Shown: positions 33,631 to 50,781 of the stretch, one piece after another
How positions within the stretch are numbered: position 1 is the stretch's first letter
Layout of the letters: every line of letters starts with the position of its first letter
DNA from: Chrysomallon squamiferum
Taxonomy: Eukaryota > Animalia > Mollusca
Reading direction: 5' to 3'
Assembly (NCBI GenBank): GCA_012295275.1
Contig: CM022674.1
Coordinates: 16,802,001-16,866,000, forward strand
Length of the DNA: 64,000 nt
The notes under the pieces: model-generated
The model's database searches: none
What the model was told of the DNA's origin: nothing
The model's input: only the letters and a program-made list of their open reading frames with translations
Translations under genes and position numbers: made by a program

Positions 33631-35667
33631 GATGTATATAAGACAGAAAATATTCAAATCCTAATAATTCGTAATCTCTTTTATTTTACACTTGAACTGT
33701 CTGAAGAAAAAAAATAACATTTAGCATTTACTGATATGTAATATGTTATTATTATATTACTTTAATTTGCACATTCCTAATACATTAGTATAATATATTA
33801 ATTTGCATATTCATAGTGTAATATTGTTATAATTGGTTTATATTAGCACATTTATGATACATTATAATACTAACATTCGTACTTATGCTTATTCATAATA
33901 TTTCACGTCTGCATATTTATAAAAGTTAATCAGACAGTAGTTTACATTCGCATATTAATAATATTATATTATAATGTTTGTCACATATGGATGATATGTT
34001 TGTCCTTTGCATAACTGAGATCAATACTGTCACTGAATAGGAAATAACTCAACTGTGCTAAAATTAGATGAAATACAGGCCTTGTGAAGGATCAATAGTT
34101 TCAGGTTAGCCCTAAAATCCTGAATGATTTATCAGTTATTGTAAGTGTTCAGCTTATTGCCAATTTGATATTATAATTATTATTTTACATATTATGATGT
34201 AACAGATATTCCATATTTTAAATTGAATGTAAATTATTATTATAGTTAGTATTTCACATTTCTTATTGATTAAAAATTATGTTTAATGATTATTCATTTT
34301 CATTTAAATGTTTGTAGTTAATTATCAGTGAAATTAACTTCTAAATTTACTGGGACATTGCGTCCAGTACAGGCATGATTTAACATTGAGAATGAAATAT
34401 CATTACAAACTCTTTACTCATTAACTTTTTAATCATATCCAAACAATCTTTGATTTATTTTAGATCACTCAGTAATAATGATTTTTGTGAATAAGAAATA
34501 TTTTTAACTTTTGCATCAAGTGTTGCGTTTGTTTAATATTTTCTAATGAAGAGAAGTTAAAACCAGATCAATATATAATGTTCTAACATTTTTGGTTGGC
34601 AGCTTTAATAGAAGATATTCTAATTTAAATTTGTCTTTAAATATTCTATTGTTAATTCCTTTAGATGACTCACCTTTATATCTATTCTATTTTTATGAGA
34701 ACTGATGAGATATAATTCTTACTGCATGTTTCTACCGCAAATCATTCACTTTGACACATGATTATATATAACATAAACACATTCTTCTAGTATACTTTTT
34801 CACAGAAGATAATTAAGACTTGATACAACATTTACATTACAGTTGTACGATGACATGTAGAGTACACCAAGAAATGTGTACGGTGTATTTAATGTAATGA
34901 TTGTTATTGTAACACATACAGACAACTGATATCTTTCTAATTCTCCATAAACCATAAAGCGTGGTGTTGTTTTGTAAATGCTTAATATAGATTTATACAC
35001 AAATTATTAAAATATAATAGTAAAAATAACAACAACAATAAAAGAAATATAATACAAATACACACACTCTCACATACACACACGCACAAAAGTAATAATA
35101 ATAATTATAAAATAAAATAAAATAAATAATACAAAATATAAAATAAAAAGAACAACCAAATAAACGCTACACAGAAGATATACCGAACAATCGACAAAAA
35201 TGCAAAAGCAAGACTAAGTAAAAACAAAAGAATCATTTTGCTCCAAACCAGTTACTGAAGTAAAACATAAAAACATGAAAATTCTGCTAGTTTAGCAAGC
35301 GTAAACACAAAAGTTCAAAGATGAACAAACCATATTACAAATGATCAACTGAACTGATAGAATCAATAGAAATTATAAAGAGAGCATATCTACCATTATT
35401 GTATTATTAAGTTAACCAACCAAGTGAGATGTGGTTTTGCATAATACAGAATGAAATATTTCTATTCTGGACTGAAAACAGAAGCTTGTGTCAAACGCTT
35501 AATATATTTGAAGAGTTCAGTTTGGTAGTGTCAGTGTCTTGGAAACATTAGTAGAAGAAATTAATAGTTTATTTGGCTCTCTAAAATAACGAATAAAATC
35601 TCTTTGTATAAGTAGATTAATTGAGTTCTGAATAGCGATATCTGAATTTCAACATACTATTTATAAA

Positions 35668-38600
35668 ATGGAGATAATGAAAAAGATCAACGAGATAATA
35701 TTCTGTGTTTTAGCATTTCTGATAATCGTTTTTTCTTTCTGCAATTTCGAGATTAGCACTCGTAAGACTTTTCGAAAGTTACCACAATACCAAGATAAGA
35801 AACTTGAAGAAGATCATTCAAAAGAATAGACCGTGTCCAGTTAATTGCACTGTATCACAAAATATGTCAGCAACGTAGGCTGTAAACTTGGGCTTATTAT
35901 TTCTATCATTTCAAGACTGGTGAACAAAACAGAGCTACCAAAAAAGGTTTTTAATGATCGTCCAAGACATGGGAGACCCCGTAAGACAACAAGAAAGGAG
36001 AGAGCACTGTTCACACTTATTAGATGCCGTTCATGGGCTCAACCCCATCTTTAAAACACCAGTGATTAGCAGTGAGAACCATTTCCTATACGACAGTCAG
36101 GAATCGGCTACAAGCAGGAGGAAAAACCATCAAGCATGTAAAACTATTTCCAGATCAGAAATCAGCACCACGACTTGTCGCGTGTAATCAAAGTGTTAGA
36201 AGGAACATTTCAAAACTGCTGAGAATTCATTTTGCGATTAGACTCATTTCTTACTGTGTAGGTGGATGGTCGTATACGTGTTTTGAGCCAAAGGATCACA
36301 GCCATGGTTATATCCAAAGTGACTGGTGGATATGTGTGTGTGTGCCTGCGTGTGTGTGTGTTTGTGTGTCTGTATACACATACCCAAACACACATCCACA
36401 CACATACCCATAAATATTAAGATACATTTCATATATATATATATATATAGATAGATAGATAGATAGATATAGATATAGATATATAAACAAAACAATAAAT
36501 TAATATTTGTAGTCGGTCTCTGCCATTAGGGTAAGTGTCTAAAAATGTCACAGACATCTTCGCCATTCTAACTGTAATATATACATATAGTTAGGAGTAC
36601 ATTTAAAAATGTCGATAAAATAAGAGATGTATAACGGCTACGTGACTGGAAAGATCAAACATTAAACTAGATCAAAAGTTACGTTTAATGAAGAGTGTCA
36701 TCACTGTAGTTGTAGTCGTTGATCCTACTGTTTTGTGTTGGAAAACTGATTCACACGAATGTGATTCTAATAATTATAGAATGTTTACTTCTAGGTGATG
36801 CCTTGATAAACACTAAAACGGATGTTATGGATTATAAGGGAGGCTGGTGATACAATCAGTGTCAGTGTGAATAGAAACTGAAATGAAAATTCGATTATGT
36901 TCTGGTTTGAAATAAAACTGTAATGAAAATTGGACCATCTTCTGTGTTCAACTAAAATGTAATGAAAATTCCACTATCTTCAGGTTTGAACAAAATCTTA
37001 TTTTTTTCACATTCGTGCTTGATTTTGCTGACTTTAGGTAAAAACTATAGTAGGTGCTGTACTGTATAAAATAGTTCGTAAATGATTCGTCGCTGCTGAT
37101 ATAAAAATACATTTTGTGAAGGAAACAAATATTTGAAAGTTCTACCATTGATGATTCCAGATTCGAAAATATGTCGTATTATCTCTTTAATAGAAACAAG
37201 ATATTTATTTATTTATTTATTTATTTATTTGTTTATTGTTTATTTATTTGTATATTATTTTACTGTCTTTATTGTTTATTCGTTGATATGTTTATTTATT
37301 TATCTATTTTTATTAACATTTGACCATTCACAATTTATTATATTTTACATTTGAATATTCAGGAAAAAAATATTATAATAAATATTCTACATAATATATT
37401 TTTATAATAATTATAGCATTTGGTCATTTGAAAATGCAGATAAAAATATGATATAACAAATATTTTCCATTTATCGATACGTAATACATTATCATAATTA
37501 TTACTTTAATTTGCATATTTATAATACGTAAATCTTTTATTCTAGCATTCGAATTTATGATATATTATTATACTAATAATAATACATATGCTAGTTCGTA
37601 TTATTTAACATTTGCAAAAACTGTATTTGCATACCAATTATAATTGTTGCATTTGGATGACATGCTTGTCGCTTTTATTATTGTGGTAAATATTGTCATT
37701 GAATGGGAAATAACTGAACTGTGATCAAACTAGATGGATTCCAGACATTGTGTCAAATCAAAAGTAACAATAGTTTCAAGTTAGCCTTAAAATCCTGAAT
37801 GACTTATCAGTCATTGAAAGTGTTCAACTTATTCCTAATTTGTTATTATAATTATATTTTCTAATTGATAATAATTAAAAATTAAAAATTATTCTCTATA
37901 TGTGCATTTTAAATTAAATGTAAATTGTTACTACAATTATTATTTCAAATGTTGTTATTAATAATAATTATGTTTAATGATTATTAATTTTAAGTTGAAT
38001 ATTTGTAATTATTTAACGGTGAAAATAACTTCTAAATTTGCTGTGATAGTGTACCTAGTGCATGTATGATTGAAAATTGAGAATAAAATCATTACAAACT
38101 ATTAACTCATTATGAATGGAGATAAAACAAGCGGAGTTTTTACAATTGTACCACGTGACAACGGCAGCCCAATCAAGGCGTACTGCGAAATATCTGACAA
38201 TGATAGCGGTTGGCTTCTAAATTTAAGCAATGCTTTTATTAATTTTTAATTTTTTTAACTTTTTAATTTGTTGTCATTTTCATTTTATATCTTATTACCT
38301 TTTTCTCTGTGTTTCATCTATTTCTTTTCCTTTTCGTTTCGTTTTATTCGTAAACGTTTTAAGCAGATAAGGGACCTCTGTTTTTAGGTATTTCATAGAC
38401 GGACAGACGGATCAGAAAACTTCTACAGAACGTGGCAAGAATACAGAGACGCATTTGGTTAATTAAGTAAAGAATTCTGGTTAGGTAGGTAATTAGTAAT
38501 AAATAATTAAAATATGTATATTAAAAAGTTAGTGAATTAAGTTATTAAGTTCAAAAATGAAACTTTCATTCATTGGACAGTGGGTTTATCGATTATCGAC

Positions 38601-39987
38601 TTGATTTATCTTTCTAGGCAATGAGAACATACATACGTTGTCCAGTCAAGGTTACTACGATCTGAAACTTGACTTCGAAAATTTCGAAGGAAACACGACT
38701 TTTGATGTCTACAAAACTTTCTCGATAAATGGAGAAGATGATTTTTATCGCTTATCAGTTGAAAAATAGAGCGGAAATGCAGGTAATTTGAAATAAATAA
38801 ATGCAACAACAACAACAGAAATCACGCTAATAATAATAAGAATCTTCTAAAAAACAACAACAACAACAACAAATTAAATAAATGAATGAATGAATGAATA
38901 AACAAATAATCAAATACATTCAATTATAATACATTTCGAAAACAACCCGAACAATCACAATGACAATAAAAATAATCGACTAATGATTAAGTTTATATTA
39001 AATTTATCTGTAAACAGTTCATATCTGAATTTAGAAAAAACAATGTATTTTTTTGTTCTTGTAAAACAGTCCTCGCGATATGTCATACTTGCTGAAATCA
39101 AGTTTATACTCTGTGCTGTCAGTTTGTATTGAATATTGGGAACCCTGACTGGTAAATTGGCACGTTGTAAATTGTCGGAGGCTAAGAGTTGGCAAATTAT
39201 TGGCATGAGAGATCCAGGAACTCTCCTCAAACTATTTGGATGTCAACTTTGGCGCAGTATATCCATCACTTCATGACAAAGACAGAGCTGTAAAAACAGG
39301 ATTTAAACATTGTCCAACACATGGGAATCCCTGTAAGACAACAACAAGAGAGGAGAGAGAATTGTTGAGACTTGTTAGACGTCGATCATGGGTCTCAACC
39401 ACATTTTTAAAACCACAGTGGTTACCATTGAGAGTCATATCGTACACGACCTTCAGGAATCGGCTAAAAGCAGGACAGAAAACATAAAACGTATAAAACT
39501 ATCTCAAGCTCACAAACAAGTACCACATTTAAGCATGTAGATAAAACGAAATATTTGTACCGGTTACCTCACTGAAAAGAACAAACATTAGACTAGTTTT
39601 AAACCTTACGTTTAAAGAATAGGGTCATCATCGTGGTCGTAGTTTTTCATCCTCCTGTTTTATTTTGGAAAACTGATTGACACGAATGTGATTCTGATAA
39701 TTATAGAATGTTTACTTGTAGGTGATGCCCTGATAAACGCTGTAACAGATAACGTTCGTCACAATGGTATGAAATTCTCTACAGAGGAGAATGGAAACGC
39801 ATGTGCTAGGGGTTGTAAGGGAGGCTGGTGGTACAACGACTTTCACTCTGCCAATCTGAACCGTCTGTACCTCAACGGAACCAATAACCTCTTTGTTGTA
39901 GGCATCAAGTGGTCGCCATGGAGAGGCTATTATTATTCACTGAAGAAAACTGTAATGAAAATTCGACCATCTTCTGTTTTGAACTAA
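35668..39987 (+). pseudogene. PAN-FReD pseudogene composite G
   Basis: Truncated exon 1 (35668-~35886, contains a stop) fused to Tc1; degenerate exon 5 ~36795-36915; 5'-truncated exon 2 ~38108-38216; degenerate exon 3 (~38388-38484) and exon 4 (~38618-38782); exon 5 39722-39987. Confidence 0.88.
35889..36310 (+). mobile_element. Tc1/mariner transposase fragment (N-terminal DNA-binding region)
   Basis: ISRLVNK...NDRPRHGRPRKTTRKERAL...RTISYTTVRNRLQAGG: the GRPR linker and HTH typical of Tc1. Confidence 0.8.
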
Positions 39988-40858
39988 AACTCTAATGAAA
40001 TTTCGATCAATTTCAGTTTTGAATTAATAGTGTGATAAAAATTTGGCCATCTTCAGTTTTCAAAGAAACCTGTGATGAAATTAGACCATGTTCTCTTTTT
40101 AACTGAAACTGTAACGATAATTTGACCATCTTCTGTTTTGAATTATAAATGTAATGAAAGTCCGACTATCTTCTGTTTTCAATTACAACTGTAATGAAAC
40201 TTTACTATCTTCTGTTTTCAATTACAACTAGAATGAAAATTCGGCCATATTATGTTTTGCATTAAAACTGTGATGAAAATTCCACCGTATTCGGGTTTGA
40301 AGTAAAACTGTGTTCTTAGTTCAAAAAAACGAAGCAATAGTATTAGCCTAATGAAAACTGAATTATTAACTGGAGAAATAAAATAAAATAAAAAAACGAA
40401 AAAACATTCCAACTGACAGGACTGTTTCCTTACTCAAAATATTGAAGACAAAAAAAATGATTGGGAAAAAAATATGAAACAAAGTGTTTGAAATGTTTAT
40501 TTCTTTTCGGATTTATTTCATATAAATCTGCAAACTACTAATTTTGAAACAATTGCTGAATGTAAATTTTTAACACTTGATAAATTTAATTTTATAATTG
40601 ATTTGTTTGGAAAGAGTTGTTAAATGTAATTTTATGTAAGCAAATGTTGCTGATTGTTTTTTATTATTCGTGTTCTGGATAAAGATAAATGTACACAAAC
40701 ACTCTCTCACACACATATATTATGTTTGAAAAAAATATATGTATGAGCAGGATTTTTAAAAAACAAGAAGATATCATTAAAGCAAGAGAAAACAAAGAAT
40801 AAAATAATAATAATATTAATATTACAAATGCCTCTACTAATACTGCAACTACAACTAT

Positions 40859-40899
<41 letters not shown>

Positions 40900-41758
40900 A
40901 TAATAATAATAATAATATGCACGTACCCAAACACACAGCCACAAACACACAGACACAGACTGTAAACACAATACCTACTTGATGTAAAAACACATGAATA
41001 TTTAAAATAACGAGATCTCTTTGAAGACTGAACAAAGCTGGGAAAGTCGATTCATTTGATCCCACGTGATTCTGTTCTGTAGATGATCATACATTGATCG
41101 ATCAGTGTAACGCTAGTATATTTGGAAAAATAACAAAACAGGTGACGAAAGGTAAATTATTTATTTGTATACAGTTCGGTAAGTTCTATTTGATTGTTTG
41201 CATTAATTTATTCTTAATAATTTGTTTTTGACTTAATCCCTTAGGATGTTTGTAACAATAAGTGTGTAAGTATGGACGTGAATATTAATAACCACAAAAC
41301 AATAAAAAGACAAAGGATACCAATAAAACGAAAGGAACAATAAAGAGAAAGTATCAAATATTCCACTAGTTCAGGAAGAGTAAATATAAAACTTTTATAG
41401 ATGACTAAAACATATTTCAAATGATCATTTCCCTGATGACTATTACATCAATAAGTACAAATGTGATTTCCATTCTGATTCACTTCTAAATGATTCAGCT
41501 GAATTGACAGAATCAATAGAATTTAAAAAAATATATATCCACCGTTACTGTATTATTAAGTTAATCAATCAAGTACGACATTGTTTTATTTAATACAGGA
41601 TGAAATATTTCTGTTTTGAACAGAAAGCAGTAGCTTGTGTCGAACGGGCAATACACTGGAAAAGTTCAGTTCAAATAACATTTAGAATTTCTTTCTATAA
41701 TTATATTAATTTAGTTCTGAACAGAAATACCTGAATTTCAGCACTGATATCGTTTATG

Positions 41759-41917
<159 letters not shown>

Positions 41918-42425
41918 AAAATGAAGGAAAGAGAAAATGCAAGATATTCTGTTGGTTCAGCAAGCGTAAATATTACTTTCTCAAAGATGAATGAAACATA
42001 TTTCATGTGATCATTTCCCTAATGACTATTATATGAATAAGTACTAATGTATTTACCTTTATCTTTGGCTTCTATATGTTTCAGCTAAAGTTAGAGAATC
42101 GATAGTAATTATTAGAAAAAACTATCTACCATTAGTATATTTTAAATTTAATCATCCAAGTGAGACGTGGTTTTCATTAATAAAGGATGAAATATTTCTG
42201 CTCCGGACTGAAAACAGAAGCTTGTTTCAAACGTTCAGTATAATTTGAAGAGATCAGTTTGATAGACTACTAGTTACAGTGATTTCGAAACATTAATAGA
42301 AGTAATTAATAGTTTATTTCGCTATATCAAATAACGATTAAAAGTTCTTTATCTAACTGGATTAATTTAGTTCTGAACTGAGATACCTAAATTTCATCAC
42401 TGATATCGTTTGTAAAATAAAGATA

Positions 42426-44850
<2,425 letters not shown>

Positions 44851-45129
44851 AACAGGAATGAAAATTTGAACATCTTCTGTTATAAATTGAAACGGTAATA
44901 CAAATTCCACCATCTTCTGTTTTGAACAAATAGTTTTAGGAACATTTGTTTGTCTTCTGACTAAAGTTATATCTGTAATTACAAAATGACCGTCTTCTGT
45001 TTTGAACTAAAAATGTAATGAAAATTTCACAATCTCCTGTTTTGGACTAAATCTCTAATGAAAATTCGACCACCTTCAATTTTGAACCAATATTTTTGAA
45101 TCAATAATTTTGAATCAATGGAACCAATA

Positions 45130-46240
45130 ATTTATTATTACTAGCCCTACAATTTCAATTTTACTGAATTACTAATGGAACCAATAATTACTATTATTAC
45201 TAGCCCTACTATTTCAGTACTATTACTAATTACTAGCCCTATTATTTCCAGTACTACTATTATTACTAGCCCTCCTATTATTTCCAGTACTACTATTATT
45301 ACTATCCCTAGTATCCCTTCTATTTCATATACTACTATTTCCACAACTATTATTAGAAGCCCTACTATTTTCAGTATTATTATTATTACTTCCAATACAT
45401 TTTCCAGTACTAATATTACAATTATTACTAGCCCTACTGTTTCCTATACTACTATTATTATTACTATCCTACTAGTCCTTCATTTTCAATTACTACTACT
45501 ACATTACAAACAAACCCTTATTTTTCCAGCACTTTTTCAGTACTACTATTTTCCAGTACTACTTTACTATTTAGCCTAGTACTACTATTATTTATTAGGC
45601 TCTACTATTTCCACATATTATTATTATTACTAGCCCTACTATTTCCACTACTACTATTATTACTATTACTATTTTTTACTATTATTATTATTAGCCCTTC
45701 TATTTCTATTATTATTATTTCTATTATTATTATTATTACTACTTTTATTACTTATTATTACTAGCCCTAGTATTTCCAGTACTACTATTATATTTTTATT
45801 TTCTAGTACTACTATTATTATTTTATTACATTTTCCATTACTACTATTACTATTATTACTATTATTACTATTACTATTTACCTACTATTATTATTATTAT
45901 TATTACTACCCTACTATTTCCAATATTACTATTATTACTAGCTATACTATTTCTATTTCCATATAGTACTATTATTACTATTACTATTACTAGCGCTACT
46001 ATTTCCTATACTACTATTATTACTAGCCGTTCTATTTCCAGCACTACTCTTATTATTTTTAGTACTACTATTATTACTTCCAATACATTTCTCAGTTCTA
46101 ATATTACAATTATTACTAGCCCTGTTATTTCCATTACCACTACTACTAGTAATTTTATTATTAATAGATCTACCATTTCCACTGTTCTTATTACTAGCCC
46201 TACTATTTCCAGTACTACTATTATTACTAACTCTTCTACT
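45130..46240 (-). repeat. Degenerate satellite (attactagccctactatttcc)n, left arm of foldback
   Basis: Reverse complement of the array at 46992-48918. Confidence 0.9.
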
Positions 46241-46244
46241 GTTG

Positions 46245-46991
46245 ACGTTTACCTAACTTACCTTGATATCCACCTGAACTTACCTTAATTACCGACATCA
46301 CCTGGAATGAGAAATCAAATGTAAATTATCCGAGGGTGCGAGGATTCAAACTCCAAGCAGCGAGCGTAGCGAGCGTGAACTCTAACCACGACACCATCCG
46401 ATCTCGGACGATCAACATACGAAAATAACTTCTAGTCAATCCTGCGATCGATGTTGTGCAGTCGATTTTGGGTTATCTCCCAACATGGCGATTATCTGCA
46501 GAAGCCGTCATTTTCATTTTATTTTATCTGACTATTTTAAATATAAATCCACACATTCCTTAATATTTAGCATATAAAATAAAATATTTAATAAAATAAA
46601 CATTTATATAAAATTAAAAGAATTGCATTACATAGTTTCTAAAAATAAACATGATGTCATTATTCCCGGAAGTTATATAATTCTTATAGTATTGCAGGAT
46701 ATTATGCAAATTCCGAAAATGGCGGCTTCTACAAATCGCCATGTTGGGAGGTAACTCCAAATCGATTGCACAACATCAGTCGCAGGATTGACTAGAAGTT
46801 CTTTTCGTATGGTGGTCGTCCGAGATCGGATGGTGTCGTGGTTAGCGTTCACACTAGCTACGCTCGCTGCTTGGAGTTCAAATCCTCGCTCCGATCGGAT
46901 AATTTAACTTTCCTTTCTCGTTCCAGGTCATGTCGGTCATCAGGTAATTAAGGTAAATTAAGGGGAACATCAAGATAAGTTAGATAAACGT
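46245..46991. mobile_element. Foldback element with ~275-bp inverted arms, each containing a tRNA-derived Pol III-type unit
   Basis: Arms 46245-46515 and 46715-46991 are reverse complements with scattered substitutions; AT-rich ~200-bp spacer. Right arm 46824-46896 has a GATCGGA/TCCGATC acceptor-like stem, A box tggtgtcgtgg and B box gagttcaaatcc. Confidence 0.8.
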
Positions 46992-48918
46992 AATAATAGT
47001 AGTATTGGAAATAGTAGGGCTAGTAATAACTATAGTAATAACAGTAGTAGTAAATAGTAGGGCTAGTAATAGTAGGGATAGTAATAATAGTAGTAAAATA
47101 GTAGGGCTAGTAATAATAGTAAATAATAGGGCTAGTAATAGGGAAATAGTAGGGCTAGTAATAGTAATAAATAGTAGGGCTAGTAATAATAGTAGTAAAA
47201 TAGTAAAATAGTTGGGTAGGGCTAAATAATAATAGTAGCATAATAATAGGAAAATAGTAGGGCTAGCTAGTAATAATAGTAATAATAATAATAAAATAAA
47301 TAGTAGGGCTAGGGCTAGTAATAAGTAGTAAAATAGTTGGTAAAATAGTAAAAATAGTAGGGCTAGTAATAATAGTTGTAATAAATAGTAGGGCTAGTAA
47401 TAATAGTAATAATTGGAAATAGTAGGGCTAAATAAAATAATAGTATAATGGAAATAGTAGGGCTAGTAATAATAGTAATAATAGTAGTAGTATTGGAAAT
47501 AGTAGGGCTAATAATAATAATAGTTGTGGAAATAGTAGGGGCTAAAATAGTAAATAGTAGGGCTAGTAATAATAATAAAATAGTAGTAGTGGAAATAGTA
47601 GGGCTAGTAATAAATAGATAGGGCTAGTAATAAATAGTAAATAATAATAGTAGTAGGCTAGTAATAATAGTAGTGGAAATAGTAGGGCTAAATAATAGTA
47701 GTAAGGAAAAATAGTAGGCTAGTAATAATAGTAGTAATAAATAATAGTAGTAAAATAGTAGTAATAATAGTAGTGGAAATAGTAGGGCTAGTAATAATAG
47801 TAATAATAGTAGTATTGGAAATAGTAGGGCTAGTAATAATAGTGGAAATAGTAGGAAATAGTAGGGCTAGTAATAATAGTAATAATTGGAAATAGTAGGG
47901 CTAGTAATAATAGTAGTAGTTGGAAATAGTAGGGCTAGTAATAATAGTAAATAGTAGGGCTAGGAAAAATAGTAGGGCTAAAATAAAATAAATAATAGGG
48001 GCTAGTAAATAATAGTAGTAAAATAGTAGGGCTAGTAATAATAATAGTAATAATAGTGGAAATAGTAGGGCTAGTAATAATAATAGTAGTATTGGAAATA
48101 GTAGGGCTAGTAATAATAGTAATAAGTAGGGCTAGTAATAGTGGAAATAGTAGGGCTAGTAATAATAGTAATAATGGAAATAGTAGGGCTAATAGTAGGA
48201 AATAGTAGTAGTAATAATAGTTGAATAGTAGGTAGTAATAATAGTAGTATTGGAAATAGTAGGGCTAGTAATAATAGTAATAGTAGGGCTAGTAATAATA
48301 AATAATAGTAGTAAAATAGTAGGGCTAGTAATAATAGTAGTAAATAGTAGGGCTAGTAAAATAGTAAATAGTAGGGCTAGTAATAATAGTTGTGGAAATA
48401 GTAGTAATAATAGGAAATAGTAGGGCTAGTAATAATAGTAGTAATTGGAAATAGTAGGGCTAGGGCTAATAATAGTAATAAAATAGTAGTAATAGTTGGA
48501 AATAGTAGGGCTAGTAATAAAATAATAATAATAGTAAATAGGAAATAGTAGGGCTAAATAATAATAGTAGTAATGGAAAATAGTAGGGCTAGTAATAATA
48601 GTAGTAATGTAGGGCTATAGTAGGGCTAGTAATAATAATAGTAGGGAAATAGTAATAATAATAAATAGTATTAAATAGTAGGGCTAGTAATAATAGTAAA
48701 TAATAAATAGTAGTAATTTTAATAATAATAGTAGTATTAGAAATAGTAGTAAATAGTAGTAATAATAATAGTAGTTGGAAATAGTAGTAGTAAATAATTA
48801 GTAGTAAATAGTAATAATAGTAGTAATAATAGTAGGGCTAGTAAATAGTAGGGCTAATAATAATAGTAAATAGTAAGTAATAGTAGGGCTAGTAATAATA
48901 ATAGTAATGGAAATAGTA
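46992..48918 (+). repeat. Degenerate satellite (ggaaatagtagggctagtaataatagt)n, right arm of foldback
   Basis: Dozens of aatagtagggctagtaat cores with irregular spacing. Confidence 0.92.
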
Positions 48919-49928
48919 AACCATATTCATAGTATGTATTAATAGTTGTTTAATACTAATTAGTACATATATCTGTAATATCTTTCAAGTCTGCACCTCA
49001 AGGTTTTCTTTGACTGCATCCGCTTCAAGGACAAGACAAGTTGTCATCTCAATTGAATAAACATAAGAAAACAGACTGCTTGACTGTGAGGATTTGACAC
49101 ATTAAACAATGAAGATTATATTAGATTATAAACGTTTAAAAACAGGTTATTAAGATATATCAAAAACAGGTAATAAATATCAATAATAAATTCAGAAGAA
49201 AGTCCGTGATTAAGGTTGTTTCTACCAACTGTGGTTCTAGTTTTTTCTACCAACTGACAAATGGAGGACAGTATTCGCTTTACTAGTATAATCAATGTGA
49301 GATTTGCTTTGTTATAAAGACAAACACAGAGAGAGTATTTTTTAGTGTCGTGCTGAGAATAGATATTTCGTGTGAATGTAATAAAATTCTTGACGTTTAG
49401 AAAGTGATAGAACACAATCAGTGCATGAACACCAGTCTCTTTTAATGACTTTTATTTAGCCTAAGTTTTCCTTTTCATGTATCTGAGAGAAAGGCTGTCC
49501 ATTGTTAGTCGACATTACCAGTTGTCTTCGGGAAAGTATATTTAGAGAACAAAAGTGTCTACAGAAAAAGCAAAGAGACCGAGAGAAAGCCAAAGATTAT
49601 GTAGTTTTATGAGATAAACAAAAGATAAAACAACGACAGATAGTAAATAAATATGTATTAATGATTGTAATCAGTAAATAAACTGTATTTAAATTTCGAT
49701 ATATGCAGATAATTAAAGTTCTGTTTGACCATCATTAATGCCCTTTTACTGGAAAAAATGCCATGTAGAAACTTAAAAGGCATTTTTTATTTGTTTTTTA
49801 TTATTATTATTATTTTTAAATTTCGTAGTTACGTTAATTACAGGCTAGGATACAGCTAGTTTTGACTGATAAACTAAGACAGCTTTGAGATTTGTCAACA
49901 CGCGTGTCTTTGTTTTGTCTTTGATTCC

Positions 49929-50142
49929 TCGGTTGAGACGAGAGTTGCGAAGAGGGTTGATACGAGAGTTGAGACGAGAGTTGAGACGAGGGTTGATACG
50001 AGGGTTGAGACGAGGGTTGAGGCGAGAGTTGAGACGAGGTTGAGACGAGGGTTGGGACGAGGGTTGAGGCGAGAGTTGAGACGAGAGTTGAGACGAGGGT
50101 TGATTCAGAGTTGAGGCGAGAGTTGAGACGAGGTTGAGGCGA
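49929..50142 (+). repeat. 12-bp minisatellite (gttgagacgagR)n, ~17 copies
   Basis: Directly visible; explains ORF 49845-50156. Confidence 0.9.
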
Positions 50143-50260
50143 ACTGGAAGCGACAAGAGGGATGTTGCCTATAGCAGCATAAATTGGACGGCATCTGTTA
50201 AGATACTTTTATTTTTGTTCTTTTACCGTCAATAGTGTAATCAGTAAACTGTTTAGCACA

Positions 50261-50323
<63 letters not shown>

Positions 50324-50725
50324 ACATATTAACGTAATAACTTGATTCTCCCGACTTTAATTGTCTTAACTGACGTTTCCACAAAAACGTAAATAATTTA
50401 GTTCCGCTTCTATTTTTTCATATTATTACGAGACATATTCTGCATATAAATAATGAACTCAAACTGTTCTCTTGTTGATGTTATTTATCTTGTGTCTATA
50501 TATATATATTACTGTCACAGTTTAAAATTTGCCAATCATTGTCATAGTCTTATAATCCCCTAGTCATGATAACGACCACACACACACACACTATATATAC
50601 ACACACACATACTGTGAACAGACTACACACATAAAGTACACATATAAGAGCTAGCCTGGGATCCTGTCTCAAAACATCAGCTATTATTTTAGAGATTTGC
50701 GTATTATTATATATTATTATATATT

Positions 50726-50781
<56 letters not shown>

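Noticed and set aside
45147-45579. Ile/Thr/Ser-rich ORFs resembling a mucin or membrane protein
   Set aside because: They arise from an irregular satellite with frequent frame-breaking indels.
46824-46896. Functional tRNA gene
   Set aside because: D, anticodon and T stems pair poorly and the mirror copy has a broken acceptor stem; treated as a tRNA-derived repeat.
49845-50156. 103-aa SSQP/RLNP repeat ORF
   Set aside because: A 12-bp minisatellite with frame slips and no splice or domain support.
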